Part shown: positions 49,694 through 62,351 of the stretch, in pieces
Numbering within the stretch: position 1 is the first letter of the stretch
How the letters are laid out: every line of letters begins with the position of its first letter
Assembly (NCBI RefSeq): GCF_001194135.2
Contig: NC_068990.1
Span: 67,308,207 to 67,372,206 of the forward strand
Length of the DNA: 64,000 nt
Source: Octopus bimaculoides
Lineage: Eukaryota
Direction: 5' to 3'
Made by a program: the position numbers and the translations under genes
Notes under the pieces: model-generated
Database searches by the model: none
Told to the model about the DNA's origin: nothing
The model's input: only the letters and a program-made list of their open reading frames with translations

Positions 49694-51289
49694 AGTACTT
49701 AACTGTTACTTATTTTATCGATCCTGAAAGGGATGTAAAGTAAAGCCAACCTTGGTGAAATTTGATCTCAGAAGGTAATGATGGACAAAATGCCACTAAG
49801 CATTTTACCTGACATGCTAACAATTCTGCCAACTTGCCACTTTAAGGAACAACAAATAAAATTGAGGATGGCTATGGCGGGAATGCTTTCGGCCATAGGA
49901 CTACGTCATACAGTCTCATCTGGGAGTCCATCAACATTATCACACACTGTGTTAGCCCTGCTTATGGTAACAGCATTGTTTACTCCACTTGTAGTAAAAG
50001 ACCTGTCACTTCAAAGGTTTCAGCTGACGACAGATTAAATATTAGTCAACCACTGAACTAGTAACAATTAACGCCAACCAATTACATACCAAAGGATACA
50101 GATTTATTACCATTGTGAAGAAAGAAACAGTTAGTGTCAAGTCACCAAGTAACTTGTTCATATACATATCAGAATCACTCTGATGAGCAAAAGAATTTTT
50201 ATTGCTAAGCAGTGAGCCAAGATATATTACTATCAAAAGACATGCTAAGCTTTCAATACACTGCAGGACACTAGACACGAGCAGCATACATATTTCATAC
50301 AAAAGTATAGAACCTAGAAAGATCGGGAGTGATATTGAGCTAGAGGGATGACAGTTATCAAAATGCATATAACCCAATTATAAAAGACACTTCAGTGATG
50401 TCACTGGAATACATTTATGGTATCAAGTGGATGTTAAAGGTGGCTGATTATCTAAAATTCAGTTCTGTAAGAATAAATTCAATTGCACAAGTCACATCTA
50501 ATGTCATAATGGCATAGAAAGATAGACATGGTGAAATGGTATACACTCATTCTTGGAGGAGAGCAACATTCAAAAATCACACATATATAAAATGTATGCA
50601 TAAAGTATATACATACATATACATATATACATGCATACATACAGATAGATAGATACATACATGTGTATGAATGTGCATGTAAGGTAATTATGAATATATG
50701 TGTGTGTGTGTTTATATGTGTATGTGTATATATATATGTATATATATATGTGTGTGTGTATATGTGTGTGTGTATATGTGTGTGTGTATATATATGTATA
50801 TATATATATATNNNNNNNNNNNNNNNNNNNNNNNNNNNNNNNNNNNNNNNNNNNNNNNNNNNNNNNNNNNNNNNNNNNNNNNNNNNNNNNNNNNNNNNNN
50901 NNNNNNNNNNNNNNNNNNNNNNNNNNNNNNNNNNNNNNNNNNNNNNNNNNNNNNNNNNNNNNNNNNNNNNNNNNNNNNNNNNNNNNNNNNNNNNNNNNNN
51001 NNNNNNNATATATAACATATGTAAAGTGTGTGCATTATTATATTATATTATATCACGTATTAATACTCGCATACAAACATATACACAAACTACAATGTAT
51101 TGGCTGCAAACTTTACAGAGTAGAAAAGAATCCTAAATAGCTGAAATTAAATTACCATTTTTATTAATTAAAATGTTGCAAACCATTGCACCATAGAAAT
51201 TGAAAGACATCAAACAATACATTATATCCTATTATTGCTTGTTATTTTCCTCTTTTATTGTGCTATTATTATTATCATCATTATTATTA

Positions 51290-51341
<52 letters not shown>

Positions 51342-52077
51342 TATTATTATATCATTATCGTTATTATGATTAATATTATCCTTATTATTATCATCATTGG
51401 TATTATCATTATTATTATTATAGTTGTTGTTGCTATTATTAGTGTTATCATGATGCCAGTAATAGCATATTAAAGAAAATGTGAAGAAGCCTCACAATAC
51501 ATTTTATAAGATTATCTAATTGCTGATATGAGGACTTTGATATTTTTTCTATGTTGTAAGTGAAATGAGTACCCAATTCCTGGGTTCTATGTAAACCAAT
51601 TTTTTTTCTTCTTGTTTTCAAAGCATGGTAGAGTAGATATTAAATTCTTATATGTAAGTGCAGGTATTGTTGTGTGGTAAGAATATAGATGCAGGCATGG
51701 CTGTGTGGTGAGAAGCTTGATTCCCAACCTCATGGTTTCAGGTTCAGTCCCACTGTGTGGTACCTTGGGCAAGTGTCTTCTACTATAGTCTAAGGCTGAC
51801 CAAAGCCTTGTGAGTGGATTTGGTAGATGAAAACTGAATGAAACCCATCATATATATAATGTGCATGTGTTTGTCTACCGACACTGCTTGACAATTGCTG
51901 TTGGTGTATTTACATCCCTGTAACTTAGTGTTTGAGCAAAAGCCATTGATAAAATAAGTAGCAGGCTTCACAAAAGAAATGAAAATGTATCAGGGTTGAT
52001 TCATTCAACTAAAAATTTTTGAAGGTAGTGCTCCAGTATGGCCACAGTCTAATGACTGAAACAAGTAAATGACAAAA

Positions 52078-52116
<39 letters not shown>

Positions 52117-52579
52117 CATGTATGATTTTTACTAATCTTTTAACCAGGAAGGAAATAAGGAAGACATTACCCAAGCTTCATTACAAAGTATGTGAGATTG
52201 GAAGGATGGAGAAAAAAAGGAAGATTGGAATGATATTGCTTGAATGATAGGTGATACTTATTTACAGCTATCACATGATATCAAGACTAAGAATCACACA
52301 CATGCACACACACAGAGAGAAGCATACACATACAGCAGGCTTCTTTTAGTTTTCATCTCCTAAATTCAGTCACAAGTCTTTGTTCAGCCTGGAGCCATAG
52401 TGGGAGACTCTTGTTCAGGGTGCCATTCAGTAGCATAGAATCCGAAGGAGACATATGCAAGTGAACATTTTAATGGCACTCCCATACGTCTAGTGTGTTG
52501 ATATGTCTGTCTGTCTGGCTACCTATCTATCAGTTGGTTTATTTAATTTTACTTGTAGAAGAAAACATTATAAATAATT

Positions 52580-52725
52580 GGGTGCATGGCCTAGTGGTTA
52601 GTGTGTTGCACTCATGATTATGAGGTCATGCTTTCAATTCCCAGACCAGCTGTTCATTGTGTTCCTGTGCAAAATATTTCATTTCACATTGCTCCTGTCC
52701 ACTCAACTGTGAATGGGTAACCTTG
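52580..52725 (+). mobile_element. Decayed family E-like SINE head
   Basis: GGGTGCATGGCCTAGTGGTTAGTGTGTTG..TTTCAATTCCCAGACC..TTCATTTCACATTGCTCC.GTCCACTCA aligns to 59740-59978. Confidence 0.7.
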
Positions 52726-53606
52726 CAACAGATTGGTAGACATGGCAAAAATGGCAACTCAGGCAAACCACCCAAATGGAGGTCACACAAGCAACATTTT
52801 GTATTCAGTGATCAAATGGATGTAACGTAAAAACCCTTTTTAAGACTCCTGACTGGTTGGAATTGGTTATTCAAGAACATTGAAGGATGATGATGATAAA
52901 CGATATCATGTAAATATTGAGTTAAAAAACTCGTTTTGCATTGAAAATCTCACAGGTTGCTTGTAGAGGACGACATTCAACTTTTTTTTTTTATCCTAAG
53001 AGGTTTTTAGCTCAAAATTTACAAGCTATTATTTATAGTTTTATCTACTTCAAGTTCCACTGCTAGAAATTAATTATTTGACTTCTCTTGAAGTTTTAAA
53101 TTCATATTATATAAACAACATACATACATACACAGATACATAGATGCATGCATAATACATACATACATACATATTGTTTAGGAAGTTAAAAGTTATGGGG
53201 GAGTCATAGAGTAAGTATTTGAGTCTAACAAGTCGTAGTTACCTATAATGCTAAGTACTTTATAGGTGTGGATATCCTAAAAAATATATTCTTTTCTACT
53301 CTAGGCACAAGGCCCGAGATTTTTGGGAAAGGGGCCAGTCGATTCGATCTACCCCAGTACGCAACTGTTACTTAATTTATCGACCCCTAAAAGAATGAAA
53401 GGCAAAGTCGACCTTAGCAGAATTTGAACTCAGAACATAAAGACAGGTGAAATGAGGCTAAGCAGTTTCTCCAGCGTGCTAATGTTTTTGCAAGCTCACC
53501 ACCTTCCCTAAAATATATATTACTGCTCAAATTTTTTTTTTTGAGTGTGCCAGCATGGATGCAGTCAAATGACTGTAATGAGTGAAAGATATACATGATA
53601 TATACA

Positions 53607-53725
53607 CAGGGTGGGGCAAATCTAGGTACACAGTTATGAAAAAACAAAAATACATAAATTATTCATTTATTTTTATCCAAAAAATTTAAAGTTACGATGG
53701 AAGTATTATCATAGTTATGATAATT
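53607..53725 (+). mobile_element. Possible Tc1/mariner terminus running into a gap
   Basis: CAGGGTGGGGCAAATCTAGGTACACAGTT resembles CAGGGTG-type TIRs. The partner end is not visible and there is no clean TA. Confidence 0.35.
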
Positions 53726-54500
53726 NNNNNNNNNNNNNNNNNNNNNNNNNNNNNNNNNNNNNNNNNNNNNNNNNNNNNNNNNNNNNNNNNNNNNNNNNNN
53801 NNNNNNNNNNNNNNNNNNNNNNNNNNNNNNNNNNNNNNNNNNNNNNNNNNNNNNNNNNNNNNNNNNNNNNNNNNNNNNNNNNNNNNNNNNNNNNNNNNNN
53901 NNNNNNNNNNNNNNNNNNNNNNNNNNNNNNNNNNNNNNNNNNNNNNNNNNNNNNNNNNNNNNNNNNNNNNNNNNNNNNNNNNNNNNNNNNNNNNNNNNNN
54001 NNNNNNNNNNNNNNNNNNNNNNNNNNNNNNNNNNNNNNNNNNNNNNNNNNNNNNNNNNNNNNNNNNNNNNNNNNNNNNNNNNNNNNNNNNNNNNNNNNNN
54101 NNNNNNNNNNNNNNNNNNNNNNNNNNNNNNNNNNNNNNNNNNNNNNNNNNNNNNNNNNNNNNNNNNNNNNNNNNNNNNNNNNNNNNNNNNNNNNNNNNNN
54201 NNNNNNNNNNNNNNNNNNNNNNNNNNNNNNNNNNNNNNNNNNNNNNNNNNNNNNNNNNNNNNNNNNNNNNNNNNNNNNNNNNNNNNNNNNNNNNNNNNNN
54301 NNNNNNNNNNNNNNNNNNNNNNNNNNNNNNNNNNNNNNNNNNNNNNNNNNNNNNNNNNNNNNNNNNNNNNNNNNNNNNNNNNNNNNNNNNNNNNNNNNNN
54401 NNNNNNNNNNNNNNNNNNNNNNNNNNNNNNNNNNNNNNNNNNNNNNNNNNNNNNNNNNNNNNNNNNNNNNNNNNNNNNNNNNNNNNNNNNNNNNNNNNNN

Positions 54501-54534
<34 letters not shown>

Positions 54535-54538
<4 letters not shown>

Positions 54539-54942
54539 AAGGTATTTTTATATAAGCTTAAAGCTTAAGGCAATTACAATGCAATGACTAAGGAAAACAG
54601 TCTAATAAAGGGGCATATAAGCCCTCGACAGAAAAAAAGAAGGCTTTCCTATCCATATTTGACTGCAGCTGGCACACTCAAAAGCATTAGGGCAGCAATA
54701 TACATTTTAGGGAAGGTAGCAAGCTGGCAGAAACGTTGGCATGCTGGGAAAGATGCTTAGAAGTATTTCACCTGTCTTTACATTTTGAGTTCAAATTCTG
54801 CCACGATTGACTTTGCCTTTCCTCCCTGCCAGATAGGAATGCCTTCTTTTTTCTGTCGAGGGCTTATATTATTAGACTATTTTCCTTAATCATTGCACGG
54901 TGATTGCCATAAGCTTTAAGCTTATATAAAAGTACCATTATT
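54535..54942. repeat. Fold-back with 119/111-bp arms enclosing a 178-bp spacer homologous (inverted) to 53397-53570
   Basis: 54535-54653 is the approximate reverse complement of 54832-54942. The spacer carries the same SINE-B-head / CCTTCCCTAAAAT.TATATT.CTGC / SINE-C-tail junction as 53397-53570. Confidence 0.9.
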
Positions 54943-54986
54943 TTTATTTACAGGATTGTAAAAACTGCAGCGAAATATATATATAT

Positions 54987-55129
54987 GGCGTTAGGAAGGG
55001 CATCCAGCTGTAGAAACTCTGCCAAATCAGATTGGAGCCTGGTGTAGCCATCTGGTTTCACCAGTCTTCAGTCAAATCGTCCAACCCATGCTAGCATGGA
55101 AAGCGGACGCTAAACGACACCGATGATGA
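54987..55129 (+). mobile_element. Family A, young 5'-truncated copy within (TA)n
   Basis: GGCGTTAGGAAGGGCATCCAGCTGTAGAAACTCTGCC...GGAAAGCGGACGCTAAACGACACCGATGATGAT. Confidence 0.9.
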
Positions 55130-55878
55130 TATATATATATATATATATATATATAAGTTCTCATTCTCTGTTGAATTGTGTTTTAACAGCACTTTATGAA
55201 TCTTTAGAGCCCTATCTACCACAGAGTAACCTTCAGATTTCCTGTCAGATATTCCTACAGAGGATTAATAAAATTACATCATTATCTTCAACTGATAGCT
55301 GATAAAAAATAAAAACTGGAAAAAGATGAGATTTTTCAGTTTTTTGTCTTTGTCTAGAATTTTAAATTGAAGAAAGTCAGCCAGTAGCAAAAAGACTGGG
55401 AAAATCCAGCTGTTCTATTATTTTCCAACGGCTCTTGGTTGTTCACATAGATTGCAAAGTGCATTTTGTAGCTTTCTTTCAATCTAACATGATTCAGAAG
55501 CTGGGACTCTTGTGATTATACATCCACACAAATACACATGCAGCTATTGTTTTACCATCTATCTGATCAATTTATAGATTTTTTTTTATTAATGTAGTCT
55601 TATATTATATTTGCTTTAAGTTCCATGTCTATGTACGTATGTTTGTTTCTATGCTCACATGTGTAGATATGTTTGTGTATACGTGTGTGTATGTGACTGA
55701 ATGTATATGCACACACATATGTGTATTTAGAGTTGTTACAATCACATTTTTTTCCCAAAATTATTCCACACTTTCTCCTTCTAACATCTTCTCTTCTCAC
55801 TCTCTCTCTCCTATTTTCTTTCTTTCCCTTTTTTGTCTCCCATTATTTCTCCTCATTTCCCCTAATTTTTTTTTCCAG

Positions 55879-55909
55879 TGCAGCCTAATTCAAATTATTA
55901 CAAACCTAA
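55879..55909 (+). CDS. Candidate 31-nt micro-exon or short terminal exon (xQPNSNYYKPK)
   Basis: About 100-nt polypyrimidine tract, CCTAAT branch-like motif, TTTTTTTTTCCAG acceptor, AA|GTAAGA donor. Read-through gives CCT AAG TAA. Confidence 0.35.
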
Positions 55910-57521
55910 GTAAGAAAGAAAGAAGAAATTCCCCTAAAAGAGCTGTTCGTTTTGCACAACAGAGTAAACCATCAAATTAATAGCATGGCTAGCTTCACTG
56001 AGGCTTATAACTTTGCCAAATTTCTTGCCTGTTGGAAGTGAATGCAAACCATTTATCTAACTTATTGACTTGCCTTTTCTCTCTTGACCACAAACTGCTG
56101 TCGATTTCGGAGCAATTAGAGAACACTTCAATATAGATTTATAACTGTATGTTAGGTTGTTAACATGTTTTTTATTTTTTATTATGATTGTTTTAAAAAG
56201 TGAATGAAAATCCTTAAGTAGATAAATATCAGGTTTATAAAACCATAGACTCTGCTCCATGAATCACTTAACTCAAGCCTGAGCTAAAGAAGCACTTAGA
56301 GGTGAGACAAGAATTTCATCTTGGAATTAAAAAGAGAACAAAAAAAATAGAGTTAAGAACTTCAACCCTAGGTAGTTAAAAATCTTTCTTCTTCCCATAT
56401 CATCATCATCATTTAATGTCTGTTTTCCATGCTGTCATGAGCTGGAGGGTTTGAAAAGAGCTGGCTAGCTGAAGAGCTGCCTGGGCTCCATGTCTGTTTT
56501 GGCATGGTTTCTATGGCTGGATGCCCTTCCAAATGCCAATCACTTTACAGAAGTGTGCTGGGTGTTTTTACACAGTGCTGGCACAAGCACTTTTTACATA
56601 GGACCAGCATAATCAAGGTATGTTCTCAATAGACTGTTCTCTGAAAGATATACAAAATTTATTCAGCATGGCCATGTGTTTAAAAGATTTGGTCCCCAGC
56701 CATGAGATTTCAGCTTCAGTTCAACAACATAATGGACAGACCAAAGACTTGTGAGTGGACTTGAAAGAAGCCTGTCATATACATCTTTTGTCTTTTACTT
56801 GGTTCAGCCATGCTGAGGCACTGCCTTGAAGAATTTTTAGTCAAACAAATCAACCCCAGAACATTTCTTTTTAAACCTGGTATTTATTCTATCAATCTCT
56901 TTTGTCAAACTGCTAAGTTGCAAGGACGTACACACACCAACACTAGTTGTCAAGCCATGGTGGATGACAAACACAGACACAAATACACACACACACACAT
57001 ATAGGACAGGCTTCTCTCAGTTTCCCCTCTGCCAAATCCACTTACAAGCCTTTGGTTGGTCCGAGACTATAGTAGAAGACACTTGCCAAAGGTGCCACAC
57101 AGTTGAAATGAACCCAGAACCATGTAGTTGAGAAGCAAGCTTCTTATTACAAGAATGTGTTTGCATGTTTAAAGGACATTGTCTTGATGCTGTTTGATAA
57201 TTGCTGCAAATGAGCATCATCATTATCATCATGCAAGCAGTGTTGTTTGTTTTCCAAACTTCTCGCCATGGGGAAATATTACTTTGTTTTGAAACAAGTG
57301 AGGGTTGGGGATGAGAAAGACATCCAACAATAAAAAATTGGCTCAGCAAATTTTGTCTGCCTTATACAAGCATGGGAAAGTGGATCCTATAACAATGATG
57401 ATGATAATATGCTTGCATATCTATATATACACGCATACATACAAGCATACATGCATATAACCACATGTGAATTGTTGGAGATTTTTTTTCCTCTGTCTTC
57501 TTTTTCTATTGGACTTTCCTC

Positions 57522-57558
57522 TGTTCCCGAAGAAGAGCTTTGCTCAAAATGTTAAACC
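57522..57558 (+). ncRNA. Decayed minimal hammerhead-like motif
   Basis: CCGAAGA-A-GAGC-TTT-GCTC-AAAA-TGT-TAAACC: stem II intact; core differs from CTGANGA / CGAAACGT by T>C and two CpG-type transitions; followed by a T-rich tail ending in (TA)n. Confidence 0.45.
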
Positions 57559-58859
57559 ATCTTTCTTTCCTTCCCTGAGCATCTGCTAATACTTTACATG
57601 TACCACATACTCGTGTTGTTGTTTTTTGTGTTTGTTCTTCGGTTTTTTGTTTTTTTACTATATATATACAGGCATGGCTGTGTGGTAAGAAGCTTGCTTC
57701 CCAGCCACATGGTTCCAGGTTCAGTCCCACTGCATGGCACCTAGGGCAAGTGTCTTCAATTACAGTCTTGAGCTGACCAAAGCCTTGTGAATGAATCTGG
57801 TAGATGGAAACTGAAAGAAGCCTATCATGTGTGTGTGTGTGTGTGTGTGTGTGTTTGTATCTTTGCATCTGTGTTTGTCCCCTACCACTGTTTAACAACC
57901 AGTGTTGCAGCTTCTACATTCCTGAAACTTATCAGTTTGGCAAAAGAGACTGATAGAACAAGTAGCAGGCTTAACACAAACAACAACTTTATTAAAGAAT
58001 CAAGTGTTTATACAACTGATTGAACAATAGAGCCACAGTTTGTTATTACTCTCTATTTCATTCAACATTTATTTTGTCTTCCAATCTGCTCTATGATTTT
58101 ATATGTTGCCTTTTCATTTTATTTACTGATTTTATATTCTCTCTATGTACATAACTGCATTTGCATATCTTTACTACTATATATGTAATGAAAACATAAT
58201 TTGATTCAATTCTTTTAACACCTATTAAATTTTATTTGCAGTAGTTTTAATTTGTTTTTAAATTTGCAGAAGAAAATCTTTTTGAGAAACGGTTTTTAAA
58301 TTTTTTTTTTATTACACAGAAAAATTATTAAAGTTTTGTGCTTTCTTACTTTATAATTGATAATTCTATTTGAAATTTCTTTCTATTTTTTAGTTACGAC
58401 AGAGAGAAAAAATTATATTCACACACTGACACATATATTTATATATTCTTATATATGTATGTATTAGAGAAAAAATGATAGCTACACTTGTATTCACATA
58501 GCATATTAGAACTTAATGTGCATGCATACTCATATATACAAACATACACATTCTATTTTTAAATGAAATATTTTGGATGAAAAAAGAAACAGTTAACATA
58601 GATGACATAGAATGAAGACTTATCAAATAAAAATATATTTTCTTCCATTGTTGTTTATGTCTCTTCTTAATTACATTTTTTCAAAAAAATTATTTGTGTA
58701 TTTTTCACAGATACTTAAAAAAAAAACTTGGCAAAACATACCCCTTCTCTCCAACTCCGCACAGCAATAAAAATGCGAAGGAAAACATGAGATAATATAA
58801 GATAATTAGTTAAATGTTTATCTGTTGCACGCACATGGAATAAAAGAGAAATAGGGAGA

Positions 58860-58911
<52 letters not shown>

Positions 58912-59494
58912 AGTAGAGAAAATAGACAAACAGCCAAAGAAAGAAAAGTAATATGAATCTAGTTGATGTTAGTAACCATTCTGTGATATTAATTTAAATA
59001 TCTGACTTGTATTAAACAGCAGAGTTGAATCATTATATTAAAACTCTCTTCCTAATCCTAACCACCACTTCCAACACTTTACAATATTGTATCAACCATT
59101 AGCACCAACATTATTCCATTACATTATTACATACACACATATATAACTCTTATAGTAACACTCTAGTAAGTAATATGATGTACCAATCACTGCTATAAGT
59201 GTCAGAACTCCCTCTCCAATTCCTCTTTCTTGACAATCATGGCTCCTGGCTACTTCATGTAGCAATTGTCATATATCACTCTATTTAGCAGTGTTGCTTG
59301 CTTTTAATATCAACATCACTACGACAAGGAGGCCTTGACAGCTGTTTGACTTGCAAGAAATAACAACCAAAATAACGGCTATCCCAAATCACATCATACC
59401 ATTTTCAGAGAGAAAATAAAACATCATTAGATAATGTAGTTCTAGATACATTATGCCTGATAAAGAAAAGAAGACGAGATTGCAATGGTGAGAA

Positions 59495-59643
59495 CGCTTT
59501 TCATCGAGGGTTCCAGTTGATCCGATCAACGGAACAGCCTGCTCGTGAAATTAACGTGCATGTGGCTGGGCACTCCACAGACACGTGTACCCTTAGCGTA
59601 GTTCTCGGGGATATTCAGCGTGACACAGTGTGACACGAGCTGA
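59495..59643 (-). mobile_element. 3' half of a family D-like SINE
   Basis: Near-identical in reverse complement to about 49535-49670 (TGTGTCAC.CTGAATATCCCCGAGAACTACG.TAAGGGTACACGTGTCTGTGGA). Confidence 0.9.
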
Positions 59644-59739
59644 GTAGAAGTGAGTATGTATCCATATATATATATATATATATATATATGTAAATATGTG
59701 TGTACACACACACACACACACATATATATATACATATGT

Positions 59740-59978
59740 GGAGGTGTGTGGCTTAGTAGTTAGGGTGTCAGCACCATGATCGTAAGATTGTGGTTTCGAT
59801 TCCTGGACCAGACGATGCATTGTGTTCTTGAGCAAAACACTTCATTTCATGTTGCTCCAGCCCACTCAAATGGCAAAAATGAGTAACGCTGTGATAAACT
59901 AGTGTCCCGTCAGCTGGGGAACACATATACCATCGAAACTGGGCCCATAAGCCTGGCTAGGCTTTATAGGGTACATTT
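59740..59978 (+). mobile_element. SINE family E, full length (tRNA head, V-domain-like centre, (ATT)n tail)
   Basis: A-box TGGCTTAGTAG, B-box GGTTTCGATTCC, centre CTGTGATAAACTAGTGTCCCGTCAG (resembles the V-SINE CTGCGATGGACTGGCG..TGTCCAG motif), ends GGGTACATTTATTATTATT. Confidence 0.8.
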
Positions 59979-60557
59979 ATTATTATTTTTTATTTTATGT
60001 ATATATAAGTCAGTAAATGGTGGAGTTGTGTTAACTGCACGTGGAGAAATAATAGGAAAATAAATAATAATAATAATAATAATAAGGCAGAATGCTAAAC
60101 TGAAAGCATATTTTAATATAGATGTGCATAAGGTGGATTAAAAAGGATTTCTAACCGGCTTTCATTGCATGGCAAATTTTCAAGAAGAGGAGAAATGAAA
60201 ATAATGATTTTTACAAAAAGATAAAAAAATATATAAAAAAATAAATATACCAATACATTATATTGTCTTTGAGTTTTTAAAGTTCAATGGTAATCCATGT
60301 AGATAATTGTTAGATAGATTAGGAAGCATGGAATTAAGAATCATGTTGTGTTTAAAGAAAGCTGAGAGTTTATGCATTAAACAGGAAGTGTGGTGTCAAA
60401 ACAGGAAGTGTGTGTAAGGGAAGACAATTCTGTGGGTTTTATACTCTTTAGTTGGAGTTCTGGACTCTTTTTCAACAGGAAGTTTATGTCTGTTCTTAGA
60501 GAAACAAGAAGTAAATTTATATGTATTTCAATGGGTAGGCGAGAGAAAGGAATATGG

Positions 60558-61481
60558 TCACCGAGGAGTTTGTATGTTAAGAAGCATTTGGAATTTCTCT
60601 ATAAAACGATTTTCCTTATTGATTCTTTCTTGTGTAGAGATTCTGGCTTTACATTGATAGAAAGGGAATATGAGAAATTTAGGGTTTTTATTTTTGGCGC
60701 ATGAGTCTATGTGGACACTGAGTGGAATTTGGCAGTGTTGTGGAAGATTTATTTGTTCTTTATGGACTACGCAAAAGGGGGGGGGGGCTCGTCTATCCGA
60801 TATAGTTGTGTTGGCAACCTGCGCATGCGAGGACATAAATGAGGTTCCCAGAGGAACAAGAGAAGTTGGTCTTGATTTTAAACCTTGTTCGTTGTTTGAA
60901 TGTAAATTCAGAGCCTTCAAGTAGGTAGGGGCAGGTACCACAGTTAGGGTGTGCACATTTTTTAACTGATGGGGGTGGAAGTGGTGTGTGTACTTTGGCA
61001 TTAGTTAAGAATTTTTTCAAAGATTTGTGTCACCTTTTGCATTTAAGGACTTTGTGTGTATTGATGATATTATTCATTTTGGGGTTTGTGGTGAGTAAGG
61101 GGAGGTTTTGTTTAATTGTGGTGTATGCTTTGATGTTTTTGGGGTTGTGGGTGGAAATGTATGGAAGTATTTTGGGGTTGAGTGTGTTACTGTGTTGGGT
61201 GGTTTTCAGTGTGTTTTTTGTCAAGTTCCTTGGCATGTTTTATTCCAAAGTCTATGAGTGTGGAGGGATATTGGCATTGTAATAGTGTTTTTAAGGTCTT
61301 GTAAGCGTATTTCTCGAGTGGTTGGGTCAGAGACAATGGGGCAAATTCTTTTAGCTAAATTGAAAGGGATATTTATCTTGGTGTGTTTTGGGTGGCATGA
61401 GCTGAATAGGAGGTATTGTTGTGAATCTGTAGGTTTGTGGTAGATGTCGGTTGTGATTTGGTTATTAGGTGTTTTTATAAT
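60558..61481 (-). mobile_element. Penelope-like element ORF relic: RT thumb, Cys-rich linker, GIY-YIG endonuclease (3 frameshifts, 2 stops)
   Basis: TDIYHKPTDSQQYLLFSSCHPKHTKINIPFNLAKRICPIVSD..YPSTLIDFGIKHA..LPYISTHNP..KR*HKSLKKFLTNAK..KCAHPNCGTCPYL..FSCSSGNLIYVLACAGCQHNYIG*T..HIDSC..FLIFPFYQC..RINKENRFIEKFQMLLN. The 3' non-coding part continues toward about 60100. Confidence 0.95.
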
Positions 61482-61483
61482 TA

Positions 61484-61865
61484 GGCATGGCTGTGCGGTA
61501 AGAAGCTTGCTTCATAACAACATGGTTCTGGGTTCAGTCCCAATGCATGGCACCTTGGGCAAGTGTCTTCTAGTATAGCCACAGGCCAACAAAAGCTTTG
61601 TGAGTGGATTTTGTAGATGGGAACTGAAAGAAGCCCATCATATATATATGTATATGCTTGTGTGTCTGTGTTTGTCACCCCACCATCACTTGATAACTGA
61701 TGTTGATGTGTTTATGTCACCGTCACTTAGCAGTTTGGCAAAGGACCAACATAACAAGTGTTAGGATTACAAAGAATAAGTCCTGAGGTTGATTTGTCTG
61801 ACTAAAAGGTGATGCTCCAGCAGGGCCACAGCCAAATGACTGAAACAAGTAAAAGAATAAAAGAA
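61484..61865 (+). mobile_element. SINE family C abutting the truncated 5' end of the Penelope-like relic
   Basis: AGGCATGGCTGTGCGGTAAGAAGCTTGC...CAAGTAAAAGAATAAAAGAATAC. Confidence 0.9.
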
Positions 61866-62318
61866 TACGTGTGTGTGTGTGTTGGGAGGGTGGAGTTAAA
61901 TATATGCTAGCACGCATACACACATATGTGTGAGTACATGGCATATTTTATAAACATGCCTGTTTAAGTATCATAACAGCATGAAACTACTAGCTCTTTC
62001 AGTAGTGTATTTAATTTGATATATGTGTGTTTCATTATTGGGAGGCTCAACAAAAAAAAAAAAACATCATCCAGGGAGAGATAAATATTATTTCATATGC
62101 AGAGTATTTAAATTCCAGCCACTATTAGTTTCATGCTGGGAAAACACAATAAGCTTGTACGTTTACTGTGCTTTCTCAGCTCAAAACAGATACCAGCACG
62201 AATTTAGATACTCATCATTTAACACCCATTGTCCATTAAATAACGATGGTGATGATGATTAGTATCTAAATTCGTGCTACTATCGGTCTTGTGTTGTGAA
62301 GTATATATTAAATGACTA

Positions 62319-62351
<33 letters not shown>

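Noticed and set aside
50181-50215. CTGATGA-GCAA..TTGC near-hammerhead (also CTGATGAG near 9492)
   Set aside because: No GAAA after stem II and no Penelope-type context.
50042-50377. 111-aa hydrophobic minus-strand ORF (and overlapping open frames at 49778-50060)
   Set aside because: No recognisable family, TTG start, and the nearby acceptors lead into stop codons. Worth a BLAST but unsupported.
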